Shown: in pieces, positions 18,032-26,740 of the stretch
Layout of the letters: each line of letters begins with the position of its first letter
Position numbering within the stretch: the first letter of the stretch is position 1
NCBI GenBank assembly: GCA_002309015.1
Contig: DBWM01000011.1
Span: forward strand, 15,986 to 79,985
Direction of reading: 5' to 3'
Length of the DNA stretch: 64,000 nt
Source: Myxococcales bacterium UBA1238
Lineage (GTDB): Bacteria > Myxococcota_A > Bradymonadia > UBA7976 > UBA1532
The notes under the pieces: generated by a model
Databases searched by the model: none
What the model was told of the DNA's origin: nothing
Seen by the model: the letters and a program-made list of their open reading frames with translations, nothing else
Program-made: the position numbers and the translations under genes

Positions 18032-18267
18032 GGTTCCCCCCTTAACGGGCTTTCAGGATCGCGAGCATCTGATCCCATCCGGCTTTGGCTCGATCTCGAT
18101 CGCGTCGTCGTAGAGGACGGGGATCTGATTTTGGGCATTCCTCGCGCGCTTTGGCCAGAATCGCCTCCAAATCGCCGCCCATCGCCTTCTTAAAACCGAT
18201 CGCGCGCAATAAAAGCCTGAACAGCGCATATTTGAACGACATTTTCAAATTCTTTGGGCTTTGGGCG

Positions 18268-18867
18268 TTACGCGGTTTCGTGCTCGCGCACGCATTCCGT
18301 ATAGAGCAGATCGATGCGTCCGGGGCGAAGTTCGCTCTTTTGAACCCGGAATCCATGTTGCTGCAAAAAGGCCTGATATTCCGAGGCGTTCCATTCATGG
18401 GCAAAGCGGACGCCAAAGAGCCTGAGGCATTTTATCCAGAAGTTCGGGCGATCCGACTGAACGAAGTTCGGCGCGATCAAAAGGCCGCCGGGAGCAAGTA
18501 CGCGGTCGATCTCGGCCAGGGCTTTTTCGGGCTCAGGGATGATATGGAGGGCGCTTGCGATGATCACCACCTCAAAACAGCCCTTTTCAAAGGGAAGCGC
18601 CGTCGCATCGGCCACCTGAAAACTTAAATTCGGCGCCGTTGAGCCCTTTTTCGCCTGCTCGATCATTTTGGGTGCAAAGTCGGTCGCCACAACGCTTTTT
18701 GCGCTCGATGCGATCTGCTTTGCGATCAGCCCCGGCCCCGTCGCAATCTCGAGCACCGTCCGATCTTTCACCGCCTGCGCGATTTGCGCGTACATATATT
18801 CATAGATCGATTTTTGCGACCGCATCACCCAGCCGTAAAACGGCGCGTAAAGATTCCAGATGTTCAC
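18268..18867 (-). CDS. class I SAM-dependent methyltransferase
   Basis: Motif I VLEIATGPGLIA. Post-I VVATDFAPKMI. VVIIASALHIIPEPEKAL. Confidence 0.8.
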   Translation of the reverse strand: MNIWNLYAPFYGWVMRSQKSIYEYMYAQIAQAVKDRTVLEIATGPGLIAKQIASSAKSVVATDFAPKMIEQAKKGSTAPNLSFQVADATALPFEKGCFEVVIIASALHIIPEPEKALAEIDRVLAPGGLLIAPNFVQSDRPNFWIKCLRLFGVRFAHEWNASEYQAFLQQHGFRVQKSELRPGRIDLLYTECVREHETA

Positions 18868-18991
18868 CGCGTCACCCCTCCATTCGCATCGCCGTAAATT
18901 GTTAGACGACTCTTAAACTGTAAACGAAGCTGCGCGCGGTTGCCAGCAAAAAGGAGAGAGCGGGATCAGGCCTCACGCCATCAGCGATCGC

Positions 18992-20365
18992 TCACGACAG
19001 GGCTTTTTGCCTTCTGAAGAGGATAAAGAGGATCGAGGAGAGGGCGAGGGCGGCGGGGTAGAAGAGCCAGGGGAGGAATGCGAGGGGGTTCAGTTTGACG
19101 ATGCTGGCGGCGATGAGGAGCTGAGCGCCGTAGGGGAGGAAGCCTTGCATGCAGCAGGAGAACGTATCGAGCAGGCTGGCCATGCGGCGGGGGTCGATTT
19201 TGTATTGGGTAGCGATGTGTTGGGCGATCTCGCCGACGGTGAGAATGGCGACGGTGTTGTTGGCGGTGCAGGCGTCGACGAGGGCGACCAAGAGGCCGAC
19301 GGAGAGTTCGGCGCCGCGGCTGGAGCGGATACGGAAGGTGAGTTTTTGGGTGATGTAATGGAGGCCGCCGTTCATGCGGACGATTTCGAGGAGGCCACCG
19401 GCCATCATGGTGACGATGATCAGTTCGCCCATGCCGAGGATGCCTTTGCCCATCGTCTCGAACCAGGTGATGAAGCTGTAGGATCCGTCGAGGATGCCAA
19501 TCGCTCCGGTGAGGATCAGGCCGCCGGTGAGGACGACCATCACGTTGAGACCAAGGAGGGCAGTGATGAGGACGGCGAGATAGGGGATGAGTTTTAAGAA
19601 CTGGATTTCAGGCAGGTTTTGGGGCGAATGGATGCCTTGTCCGAGGAAGAGATAGAGGCCGATCATCAAAAGAGCGGGGGGGAGGGCGATCCAGAAGTTG
19701 GCGCGGAATTTGTCTTTGGGCGCGCAGCCCTGGGTGCTGGTCGCGACGATCGTCGTATCTGAGATGAAGGAGAGGTTGTCGCCAAAGAAGGATCCGCCGA
19801 TGACGATGGCGGACATCATCGCGAGATCCGCTCCGGTCGATTGAGCGAGGCCGAGGGCGATCGGCATGAGGGCGACGATCGTGCCGACGCTGGTTCCAAT
19901 CGCGAGGGAGACGAGGCAGGAAGCTAAAAAGAGGCCGACGAGGAGGATGCTTCCGGGAAAGAGCGAGAGCGTGAAATAGACGGTCGCATCGATGGAGCCC
20001 ATGCCTTTTGCAGAGGCAGCAAAGGCGCCCGCGAGGACAAAAATCCAGAGCATCAGCATCAGGTTCGAGGTGCCCGCCCCCCGGCTATAGCTCAGAATCC
20101 GCTGCATGATCGGTTTGCCCGGCGATGTTGCAATCGCATAGATGCTCGAAAACATGAACGCGACGGTGATCGGCATCTTGTAGAAGTCGCCTGAGACGAT
20201 CGAGGTTGCGAGATAGAGGATGACGAAGACGAACAGGGGACTGAGGGCGAGGAGACCTTGTCTGTGTCCTACCATTTTGCTGGTTTCGAGGGTGGGCGAG
20301 GCCTGTATGACGGCCTCCTCAAAACTGTTGTCGAGATCATTTTCTTTTTCGTCGGTGCGAGCCAC
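18992..20365 (-). CDS. NhaC-family Na+/H+ antiporter-like membrane protein
   Basis: Polytopic membrane protein (~11-12 TM). Sequence style typical of the NhaC C-terminal family (..GAGTSNLMLMLWIFVLAGAFAASAKGMGSIDATV..). The start may instead be the internal Met at 20275. Confidence 0.75.
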   Translation of the reverse strand: MARTDEKENDLDNSFEEAVIQASPTLETSKMVGHRQGLLALSPLFVFVILYLATSIVSGDFYKMPITVAFMFSSIYAIATSPGKPIMQRILSYSRGAGTSNLMLMLWIFVLAGAFAASAKGMGSIDATVYFTLSLFPGSILLVGLFLASCLVSLAIGTSVGTIVALMPIALGLAQSTGADLAMMSAIVIGGSFFGDNLSFISDTTIVATSTQGCAPKDKFRANFWIALPPALLMIGLYLFLGQGIHSPQNLPEIQFLKLIPYLAVLITALLGLNVMVVLTGGLILTGAIGILDGSYSFITWFETMGKGILGMGELIIVTMMAGGLLEIVRMNGGLHYITQKLTFRIRSSRGAELSVGLLVALVDACTANNTVAILTVGEIAQHIATQYKIDPRRMASLLDTFSCCMQGFLPYGAQLLIAASIVKLNPLAFLPWLFYPAALALSSILFILFRRQKALS

Positions 20366-20595
20366 AAAAAATCTCCATAAAAAGTCATTCTGTACGCTAT
20401 ATCCGCGTCGTGGTTTCGATCAAAGTGCAAAATATATACCCACGAAAAAAGTAGGTATAAGAGAGCGATTGAAAACCGGAGGACCGCTTTTGGGGAAGCG
20501 GCTTTTTCAGCTCTCATGGCATGGTGAGGAGAATCTGGAGAAAACGAAAGCGGAGAATGAGGGAGAAGCGCAAATGGGGGGGCGAGGAAATCGCT

Positions 20596-21131
20596 TTATT
20601 TCACCGTTTTCCCCAGCTGGTAGGCGGCCTCGGCGTAGGGGGTGCCTTTGATGCTTCCGGGCGTCCAGATTCCGGGGGCGATCACCTGACCCGCATCTTC
20701 CCAGCCCATATAGTCGATGAGCGTGCGATAATGGGCCACCATCGCATCGGCATCTTTTTTGGCCTGATTGGCGTAAGCCATCAGAAATGCAGCTTTTTTC
20801 TTTACATGAAGCTGGCCGTTCAGCGCATAGAAGCGATCGATCACGGTTTTTAACTGCGCCGAGAAACCAAAATCATACATGGGGGAACAGAAGACGATCA
20901 GATCGGCGCTGACGAGTTCAGATCGCAGGCTCTTTGTGAAGTCATCGTTGAAGATGCAGGGCCCGTTCATCCCACAATGATTGCAGCCCACGCAGGGCCG
21001 AACGTCGCTTTCGGCCGCATTGAAGCGAAGAATTCATACCCCGCTTCCTTTGCACCCTTCTCGAACCGATCGGCCATGTGATTCATGTTGCCATTTTTGC
21101 GCGGGCTGCCCGTCAGTAAGACGATCTTCAT
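20596..21131 (-). pseudogene. flavodoxin-like NAD(P)H-dependent FMN reductase / iron-sulfur flavoprotein-like gene, interrupted by a -1 frameshift
   Basis: ATG at 21131 reads MKIVLLTGSPRKNGNMNHMADRFEKGAKEAGYE and then drifts to a stop. Another frame continues ILRFNAAESDVRPCVGCNHCGMNGPC... to 20596. Total length is 536 nt (not divisible by 3). The junction is at GGGTATGAATTCTTCGC (~21026-21042), consistent with GAAATT having become GAATT. Confidence 0.7.
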
Positions 21132-21264
21132 CTTTTTGTTTTCCCCCCTGGCAGCGTCCGTCGTCGTCCCCGATGCGAGTACCTAAGAGGGGGAAAGCAG
21201 CAGACTGCCCGCCAGCACAGCGGCTGAGGATTGAAGGAACTTACGGCGATCCATGGAGTTTTCC

Positions 21265-22014
21265 CTATTTTTGCCAGATATGGACGATCTCGCCGATATA
21301 CATGTAATGGACGTCGATGCCCCTCTGCTTGTACCAGTCGCGCTGTTCCTGCTGGAGCAGGCTGGAATCGAACTGGGCGGCGTAGATCTTTTTGCATTCA
21401 ATGGCAAAGTCGGACTCGGCGTAGCGCGGGTTTCCGAGCTCGGTCCATTCGGCGGTCAGATGGGCGCCCGCAACTTTATCTTCATCGCGCCCCGAAACGC
21501 GGCCCAGATAAGCCAGCTGATCGCGCATCGCCTCTGGAAAATGCGAAACCGTGAAGTGATCGTTCTTTTGAAGAAAGTCAAAGGTGTAACGACTGGGGCT
21601 GACATAGATGGTGACGACATCCTTGCTCCAAAGACGGCCGATGCTGCCCCAGCCGATCGTCATCAGGTTGGCTTTTTCCTTGTTGCCGGCGGCCACGACC
21701 ATCCAGTCTTCACCAAAAAGCCGCGCCATATTGTAAGGGATCTCGCGCGGCGCGATCTCTTTCCATGCCTTCGAATTCATCTTCCGATCCTCCTGGATTG
21801 CTTTGGCTCTTACGAGCGCAGCCCGCTCCTTCTCCTGGAGTGCTCTGGCTTTTACGAGCTCAGCCAGCTCCTCCTCCTGAATTGCTTTGGCTTTTACGAG
21901 CTCAGCCTGAGCCTCCTCCGACTTTGCAGAAGGCGCCTCCGTTTGGGACTCGCGGCTGCAGGCACAGAGGAACAGACAACCGAAGAGCCATGTGCGGGCA
22001 GATGCGTTCATCAT
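21265..22014 (-). CDS. flavin-reductase-like (FMN-binding split-barrel) protein with N-terminal lipoprotein signal and coiled repeat
   Basis: LFGCLFLCACS lipobox. 3x (E/A)LV(K/R)A(K/R)A(I/L)QE repeat. Then the flavin-reductase-like core (..MVVAAGNKEKANLMTIGWGSIG..VTIYVSPSRYT..). The alternative ATG at 21780 would give a cytoplasmic protein. Confidence 0.65.
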   Translation of the reverse strand: MMNASARTWLFGCLFLCACSRESQTEAPSAKSEEAQAELVKAKAIQEEELAELVKARALQEKERAALVRAKAIQEDRKMNSKAWKEIAPREIPYNMARLFGEDWMVVAAGNKEKANLMTIGWGSIGRLWSKDVVTIYVSPSRYTFDFLQKNDHFTVSHFPEAMRDQLAYLGRVSGRDEDKVAGAHLTAEWTELGNPRYAESDFAIECKKIYAAQFDSSLLQQEQRDWYKQRGIDVHYMYIGEIVHIWQK

Positions 22015-22038
22015 ATGAGACTCTCTGCAGCTTTAAAG

Positions 22039-22854
22039 CTACTTCTTGGCCTTGGCGTTTTCGTCCTTTGAAGACTCCGCCGGCGGCTCTTTTTCTCCCT
22101 CTTTCTTGGCCTTCTTCTTCGTTTGGATCTTATGGAAGCAGGATTCGACGATCTTGTAATCGCTGTTGTAGGCCATGAGCAGTCGCGCGTAGGCGTGATT
22201 GTAGAAGTTGCGCGCTTTTTCGGCGACCTGATTCAAAGCGATCGTGGCGTCATTCTCTGCGCTGATGGCCGCCGCCCGCTTTTCGATCTGATCGCGAATC
22301 TTTTGCATATTGGCTTCGAGATCTGGAATATGATTCCTGAAGAGTTCATAATCCGCATCAGCCGCAATCTTATCGCGCAAACGGTGGATGTAATCGATGT
22401 GATGCGAATAACCGTGATTGGGATTCGACAGCTCCGTCGGGCTCTTAGGGAAAATCTTCAGATAAATCGGATCCTTGGAATCCCCCTGAAGATGCGCCCT
22501 GACCTCGCGCGCAATCTGAAGGACGAGCTTGTGGCTGTCGGTCACCACCTGTTTTAACTCCGCATTGAGCCCCACCCGGTTGGCATTGGCCATCATGAGC
22601 GCATCCTGCGCCTGATGCAGCTGCTGCAGATGATCGCCGCATTCAACCATCAACTGCTTTGGCCCATTCGGCCCCTCAGGATCCTCCGGCGCAGGCTTCC
22701 GCATCAACTGCACGCGCAAAAACAAAATCGAGTTATAAGTGGTCGTATGAGGCGTCTTATCGGTCAGCTGATTCATCCATTCTCTCCCCAGGGCAGCCCC
22801 CGCCACCCCAAAAGGCCAGTCTCCATCACCGGCCATATTCACATTTTTGAGCAT
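22039..22854 (-). CDS. hypothetical helical protein with Lys-rich tail
   Basis: Long ORF with protein-like composition, ending 24 nt upstream of the next gene start. No motif recognised. Confidence 0.55.
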   Translation of the reverse strand: MLKNVNMAGDGDWPFGVAGAALGREWMNQLTDKTPHTTTYNSILFLRVQLMRKPAPEDPEGPNGPKQLMVECGDHLQQLHQAQDALMMANANRVGLNAELKQVVTDSHKLVLQIAREVRAHLQGDSKDPIYLKIFPKSPTELSNPNHGYSHHIDYIHRLRDKIAADADYELFRNHIPDLEANMQKIRDQIEKRAAAISAENDATIALNQVAEKARNFYNHAYARLLMAYNSDYKIVESCFHKIQTKKKAKKEGEKEPPAESSKDENAKAKK

Positions 22855-23075
22855 AGCAGATTCGAGGATTCAAAAAAGAGTTTTTTTTCATGGATGGGCG
22901 ATTTTTTTGAGGGAGGGTGTATGCAGAAGTGATACTTTGAAGGCGTCGTGAGAGCATGGGGAAGGCGATTGAACGATTGAATTCCGTGGGCTTGTGGATC
23001 GATGGCGGTGTTTAACGAGTGAATGGGGGTTATGGAGAGCTGGGCGATGGAATTCAGGGCGTGAATGCCTGTGGC

Positions 23076-23190
23076 GGAAGTTCGGGATGGGGAGTTAACG
23101 CGTGAATGGAGGATGGGGAAGTTCGGGATGGGGAGTTAATGGATGAAGGAAAATGGTGGGGGAGTTCGGGAGATGGGGAGCAGTGGATAG
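23076..23190. repeat. ~41-44-bp tandem repeats (different sequence family)
   Basis: GGAAGTTCGGGATGGGGAGTTAA.. starts at 23076, 23117 and 23161. Confidence 0.6.
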
Positions 23191-23232
23191 AGCGAGCTTA
23201 AACGAATCAGCTGAGCGGATTCGTGAGGTTTT

Positions 23233-23895
23233 TTAATCGTCTTCTTTTGGGGGAATGAGCATCAGACTGGAATCGAACTCTCCCTTTTGCTTGAAATATT
23301 GGATCATATCGATAAACGGATTGAGTTCCTCACCGTCTTCATTGAGATACCATTCAATATACTCCGCATCGCCTTTTGAACCGTAAAAACAGGCTTCAAA
23401 GACCGCTTTTCGGGCCTGGCGCAGGCGATAGGCGTTTAAATTTAAGAGTTCGACGGTATAGCGGCCTTGTTTGGTCTTTCCTTCAATCTGACCATCAGAG
23501 AAAAATCGAAAATGCCTTTCGCAGCCTTCCTGCAAAGGTGAGACGAAGAGCGCTTCATCAAATCTGTTTTGTTTGCTGTGGCCGCAGGTGCTTTGCGCGC
23601 CTTTGGTTTCGCAGGAAGCGACGATGTTTTCATAGCACATCGACTTTTGAGGGTATCGCTCTTTGGGGCAGATATGCTCGTTATGAGCATGATCGGGTGA
23701 AATTCTCTGGCAGCAGTAAGCGCAGAGAAATTTCTGTTCATCAACCAGGCTTTCGCGCAGTTTTCTTGCGATGTTTCGGCCTTCCTCTGTTTGGACGAGC
23801 GCCTGATAAGTGAGGTTGCGACGCTTTTGAAGGTATTGGCTCCAGAACTCAGGCGTGTTCGTTTTCGTGATTCTTCTCATCTTTCCTCTTTGCAT
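23233..23895 (-). CDS. ptuB: HNH endonuclease, Septu PtuB-like (TIGR02646-type)
   Basis: CAYCCQRISPDHAHNEHICPKERYP..NIVASCE....CGHSKQNRF matches the HNH layout of PtuB/retron-associated HNH proteins. It lies immediately downstream of the ATPase and overlaps it. The alternative start at 23880 shortens the overlap. Confidence 0.8.
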   Translation of the reverse strand: MQRGKMRRITKTNTPEFWSQYLQKRRNLTYQALVQTEEGRNIARKLRESLVDEQKFLCAYCCQRISPDHAHNEHICPKERYPQKSMCYENIVASCETKGAQSTCGHSKQNRFDEALFVSPLQEGCERHFRFFSDGQIEGKTKQGRYTVELLNLNAYRLRQARKAVFEACFYGSKGDAEYIEWYLNEDGEELNPFIDMIQYFKQKGEFDSSLMLIPPKEDD

Positions 23896-25165
23896 AGTTG
23901 AGTCTCATCGAGAGCCTGAGGGCATCTGCATGCTGAGCGCCTGTCGTTTCGGAAATCTTTGAGAGCAGCCTTTGCGCGAGATCATACTGCCGATCTTCGA
24001 TCGCCAGCTCTGTATCATGTAAAAGCTTTTCAAAATCCTGGTTTCGGCAGGATGTGTTCATAAACTCTTCAAGGATATAGTTCGCATCATATCCGTTCAT
24101 CTGAGGCAGTTCATCGACGGTGATCGTCTCATCGTGAATCAGTTTTCGGATGCGACAGGGCTGATCGATCTCACCGAGCACCTGCGGAGAATGCGTTGAG
24201 AGCATAAACTGGCAATGGGGAAAGATGGAAAGCAGGTTAGGGATCACTCTCCGCTGCCATTTGGGATGGAGATGGAGTTCGATCTCATCGATGAGAATGA
24301 CGCCTTCTCCTTCGAGCGGTGAGGTGAGCCCGGGATTGGCGATCGCGAGCCTTAAAGCGATGTCACCGACGAGTGCGAGCAAACATTTTTCGCCATCAGA
24401 GAGCTGGCCAAAGCCAATCTTTTGCGCGTTCTTTTCAATACAGATTTTAAACGGCTTCTTCTCTACATGGAGATCTTTAAATTCAGGAATCATCCTTTGA
24501 ATCGCTTCCTGAACCGCTTCATGCTGCCTTCTGTGCCATTTTAAGAACGGATCGGGGTAATCGATCGGCAAAAAATCCTGATCGGCTTCACATTCCCGGA
24601 AGCGTCCAATAAAAGTTCTGAAATCGAGCGCGCTCGAAAGCGCGTTGTCATACGCATTGAAGGGCGAAGTCGCCGGGCGGTAGGTGCGAATGCGTTCCGG
24701 AATCTCTAAGATGGCGCGGTTGGTGGGGTAATAGGCGACGAGAGGCAATCGCGCCTGCATGATCGAGTCGTCATGAGAGATTTCTTCAAAGAATTGCTTG
24801 AAGGGCTCCATGTTTTCGACATGTTCGAGAACGCCATCCGTATTTTCGTAGAATGAATAGCCTTCGCCTCGTTCTGCGTAGATATATTCAGAGATAAAGA
24901 AGCCTTTTTTCCCATCGAACTGATGCTGAAGGATGATTTCGCCCTCATACTGCATCTGTCCGGCGCGAATGTTCTCATTTTTGCCCGAAAGCTCAAACTC
25001 TGAGTCGAAATAACGGCATTTTGAAAGCATGAGCGCCAAAAAATCGAGAATCGTCGATTTGCCTGTGCCGTTATCTCCGATGAAAACATTGAGCCTCGGA
25101 TCAAAATCGAGTTCGAGCTTCTCAATCCCTCTGAAATCCCGGATATTTAATCGTTTGACGCGCAT
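23849..25165 (-). CDS. ptuA: ABC/AAA_15-21-type ATPase, Septu PtuA-like
   Basis: MRVKRLNIRDFRGIEKLELDF. Walker A GDNGTGKST. Signature LSDGEK. Walker B VILIDEIELHLHP. H-loop STHSPQV. Confidence 0.8.
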   Translation of the reverse strand: MRVKRLNIRDFRGIEKLELDFDPRLNVFIGDNGTGKSTILDFLALMLSKCRYFDSEFELSGKNENIRAGQMQYEGEIILQHQFDGKKGFFISEYIYAERGEGYSFYENTDGVLEHVENMEPFKQFFEEISHDDSIMQARLPLVAYYPTNRAILEIPERIRTYRPATSPFNAYDNALSSALDFRTFIGRFRECEADQDFLPIDYPDPFLKWHRRQHEAVQEAIQRMIPEFKDLHVEKKPFKICIEKNAQKIGFGQLSDGEKCLLALVGDIALRLAIANPGLTSPLEGEGVILIDEIELHLHPKWQRRVIPNLLSIFPHCQFMLSTHSPQVLGEIDQPCRIRKLIHDETITVDELPQMNGYDANYILEEFMNTSCRNQDFEKLLHDTELAIEDRQYDLAQRLLSKISETTGAQHADALRLSMRLNYAKRKDEKNHENEHA

Positions 25166-25286
25166 GAGCGGACTCCACCAATCAAAGCGATCAAAGTTTT
25201 AGCAGTTCTGCTGAAACGATGAAACTTATTTTGAAAATATGCGGCTTTTTGGCTTTGAACGATCGTGTTTTTGGGGATGATTTGAC

Positions 25287-26723
25287 TTAGTTGCAAGAAC
25301 CAAGCTGGTTTGAATCGATGTAATCAAAAATGAGAGGCGCTGTTATATCCCTCATAGGCCATCTGATTCTTTCCCGAGGGTGCTCGTTAAAGTATTGTTT
25401 AATTTGTTCAAGCTTATGAATAAACTCTTCCTCTCTTTTATATCCAAAGATCTGCGCAATCTCCTTTAAATGCTCTTTAGAACTTAATCTTTGAGAGAAC
25501 GTTTTCATTATCTGATAATATTTATCGTAACTACATGTGATCGGAATCCAAGGTTTTGATTTGTCAATCCCATTTTGAAAGACCGATGCTTGATAGCAAA
25601 GTGCATCAGCCAAAACGAATTGATCTTGCGTACAAATTCTTTTGTTGAGCGTCTGAACCCAATCATAGGCTATCCCTGAAAAATAGTTCTGCTGATCACG
25701 TTGCTTGATGGCTTCTTCAAGCTTTGAATTGTCATGATAAAATATACAAAAACTTTTATTCTGTTGCGTCATATATATAGTATTTATGGAGTATGTTTTA
25801 CTAAAAATATTTGACAGCTCTTTAAATCTCTCTTCTTTGTGATAAATTGCAATCGTATAAATAAAAAGCTCATGCAGGCGTGTTTTAAGTAACTCTGATT
25901 TGATTGTAGACAAAGGGTTGAGCACATTGAAGATTTCTTCATACGTCTTGGTAATTAATTTCTCAGAACCAGGGACGATATGTACATATTGAAGCAACTC
26001 AAGAAACTGATCCCTGATAAGTTGAGTCTGCTGATAAAGGGACAGGATCTGATCAGATTCGAGTTCTTTTGATGAATCGTCTGAAATCGACTGAATGAAT
26101 TTCTCTTTCACTTCTGCCAAATATTCTTTGAATTTATTTTCTCTTAGAAGATCAGATCCCTCTTTTTTTAAAGAAGCATATTTTCTTTTGAAGAGCTCAT
26201 TGGTGTCTTTAGGGTTGTCGACCCATAAGGGTTTGGTGCCCAGTTCCGGTTCTACAATCTCTGGCTGGCCATAAAGATGCCTTACAAGTTTTTGATAATT
26301 TTCATCTCCATCTTCGAAGTCGCATAGATCGATATAATTTCGTGATTTTAAATAGGCAGGGAGTGGATCTATCCCATCTTCATTGCGTTCAAATATGATT
26401 GGAATAAATTTTGCTTGATCAGCTTTTTTGTAAACTTCAGCAGATATAATCTGCGTTTCACTACCGACGCCTCCAGATCTTTCATTTGCTTTTTTGGAAT
26501 AGATCGGATCCAACAGGATTAAAACGTTGGTGACAGATGGGTCTGTCACACTTTTTTCCATAAAAGCATAGATATCCTGCCCAGGCCTGAGAGACCATTG
26601 GTCTAGCAAGACATTGACGCCATCGCTTTTTAAAAAACACGCCAGTTTAAGGACCTTATTTTTATAGTCCTCGTCTTTCCATGCGTAGGAAATAAAAACT
26701 TTTGGGTGTTCGATCTTTTCCAT
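25287..26723 (-). CDS. SEFIR/TIR-domain protein with uncharacterised ~330-aa C-terminal domain
   Basis: KVFISYAWKDEDYKNKVLKLACFLKSDGVNVLLDQWSLRPGQDI..KANERSGGVGSETQII..KFIPIIFE..LPAYLKSRNYIDL is a typical bacterial SEFIR/TIR N-terminal domain. ATG at 26723 has AAGGAA 9 nt upstream and lies 17 nt after the hsdS stop. The gene is strongly AT-rich. Confidence 0.85.
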   Translation of the reverse strand: MEKIEHPKVFISYAWKDEDYKNKVLKLACFLKSDGVNVLLDQWSLRPGQDIYAFMEKSVTDPSVTNVLILLDPIYSKKANERSGGVGSETQIISAEVYKKADQAKFIPIIFERNEDGIDPLPAYLKSRNYIDLCDFEDGDENYQKLVRHLYGQPEIVEPELGTKPLWVDNPKDTNELFKRKYASLKKEGSDLLRENKFKEYLAEVKEKFIQSISDDSSKELESDQILSLYQQTQLIRDQFLELLQYVHIVPGSEKLITKTYEEIFNVLNPLSTIKSELLKTRLHELFIYTIAIYHKEERFKELSNIFSKTYSINTIYMTQQNKSFCIFYHDNSKLEEAIKQRDQQNYFSGIAYDWVQTLNKRICTQDQFVLADALCYQASVFQNGIDKSKPWIPITCSYDKYYQIMKTFSQRLSSKEHLKEIAQIFGYKREEEFIHKLEQIKQYFNEHPRERIRWPMRDITAPLIFDYIDSNQLGSCN

Positions 26724-26740
26724 TGCTGATTTCCTTTCGA

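Noticed and set aside
18042-18242. Small ORF (MSFKYALFRLLLRAIGFKKAM...) between the two methyltransferase genes; its N-terminus vaguely resembles the start of some alpha/beta-hydrolase esterases
   Set aside because: It is only ~66 aa, the C-terminal half is Arg/Asp-rich low-complexity sequence, and there is no catalytic motif. It may be a gene remnant, but the support is too weak to annotate.
22855-25286. Retron (reverse transcriptase plus msr/msd) associated with PtuAB
   Set aside because: There is no reverse-transcriptase ORF in or next to the island. The flanking non-coding stretches show no convincing long inverted repeats of the msr/msd type.
25287-26723. Canonical Thoeris (ThsB) assignment for the TIR gene
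   Set aside because: No ThsA-like SIR2/SLOG or Macro gene is present in the island, and the protein is much longer than typical ThsB. It is kept as an unclassified TIR-domain candidate instead.
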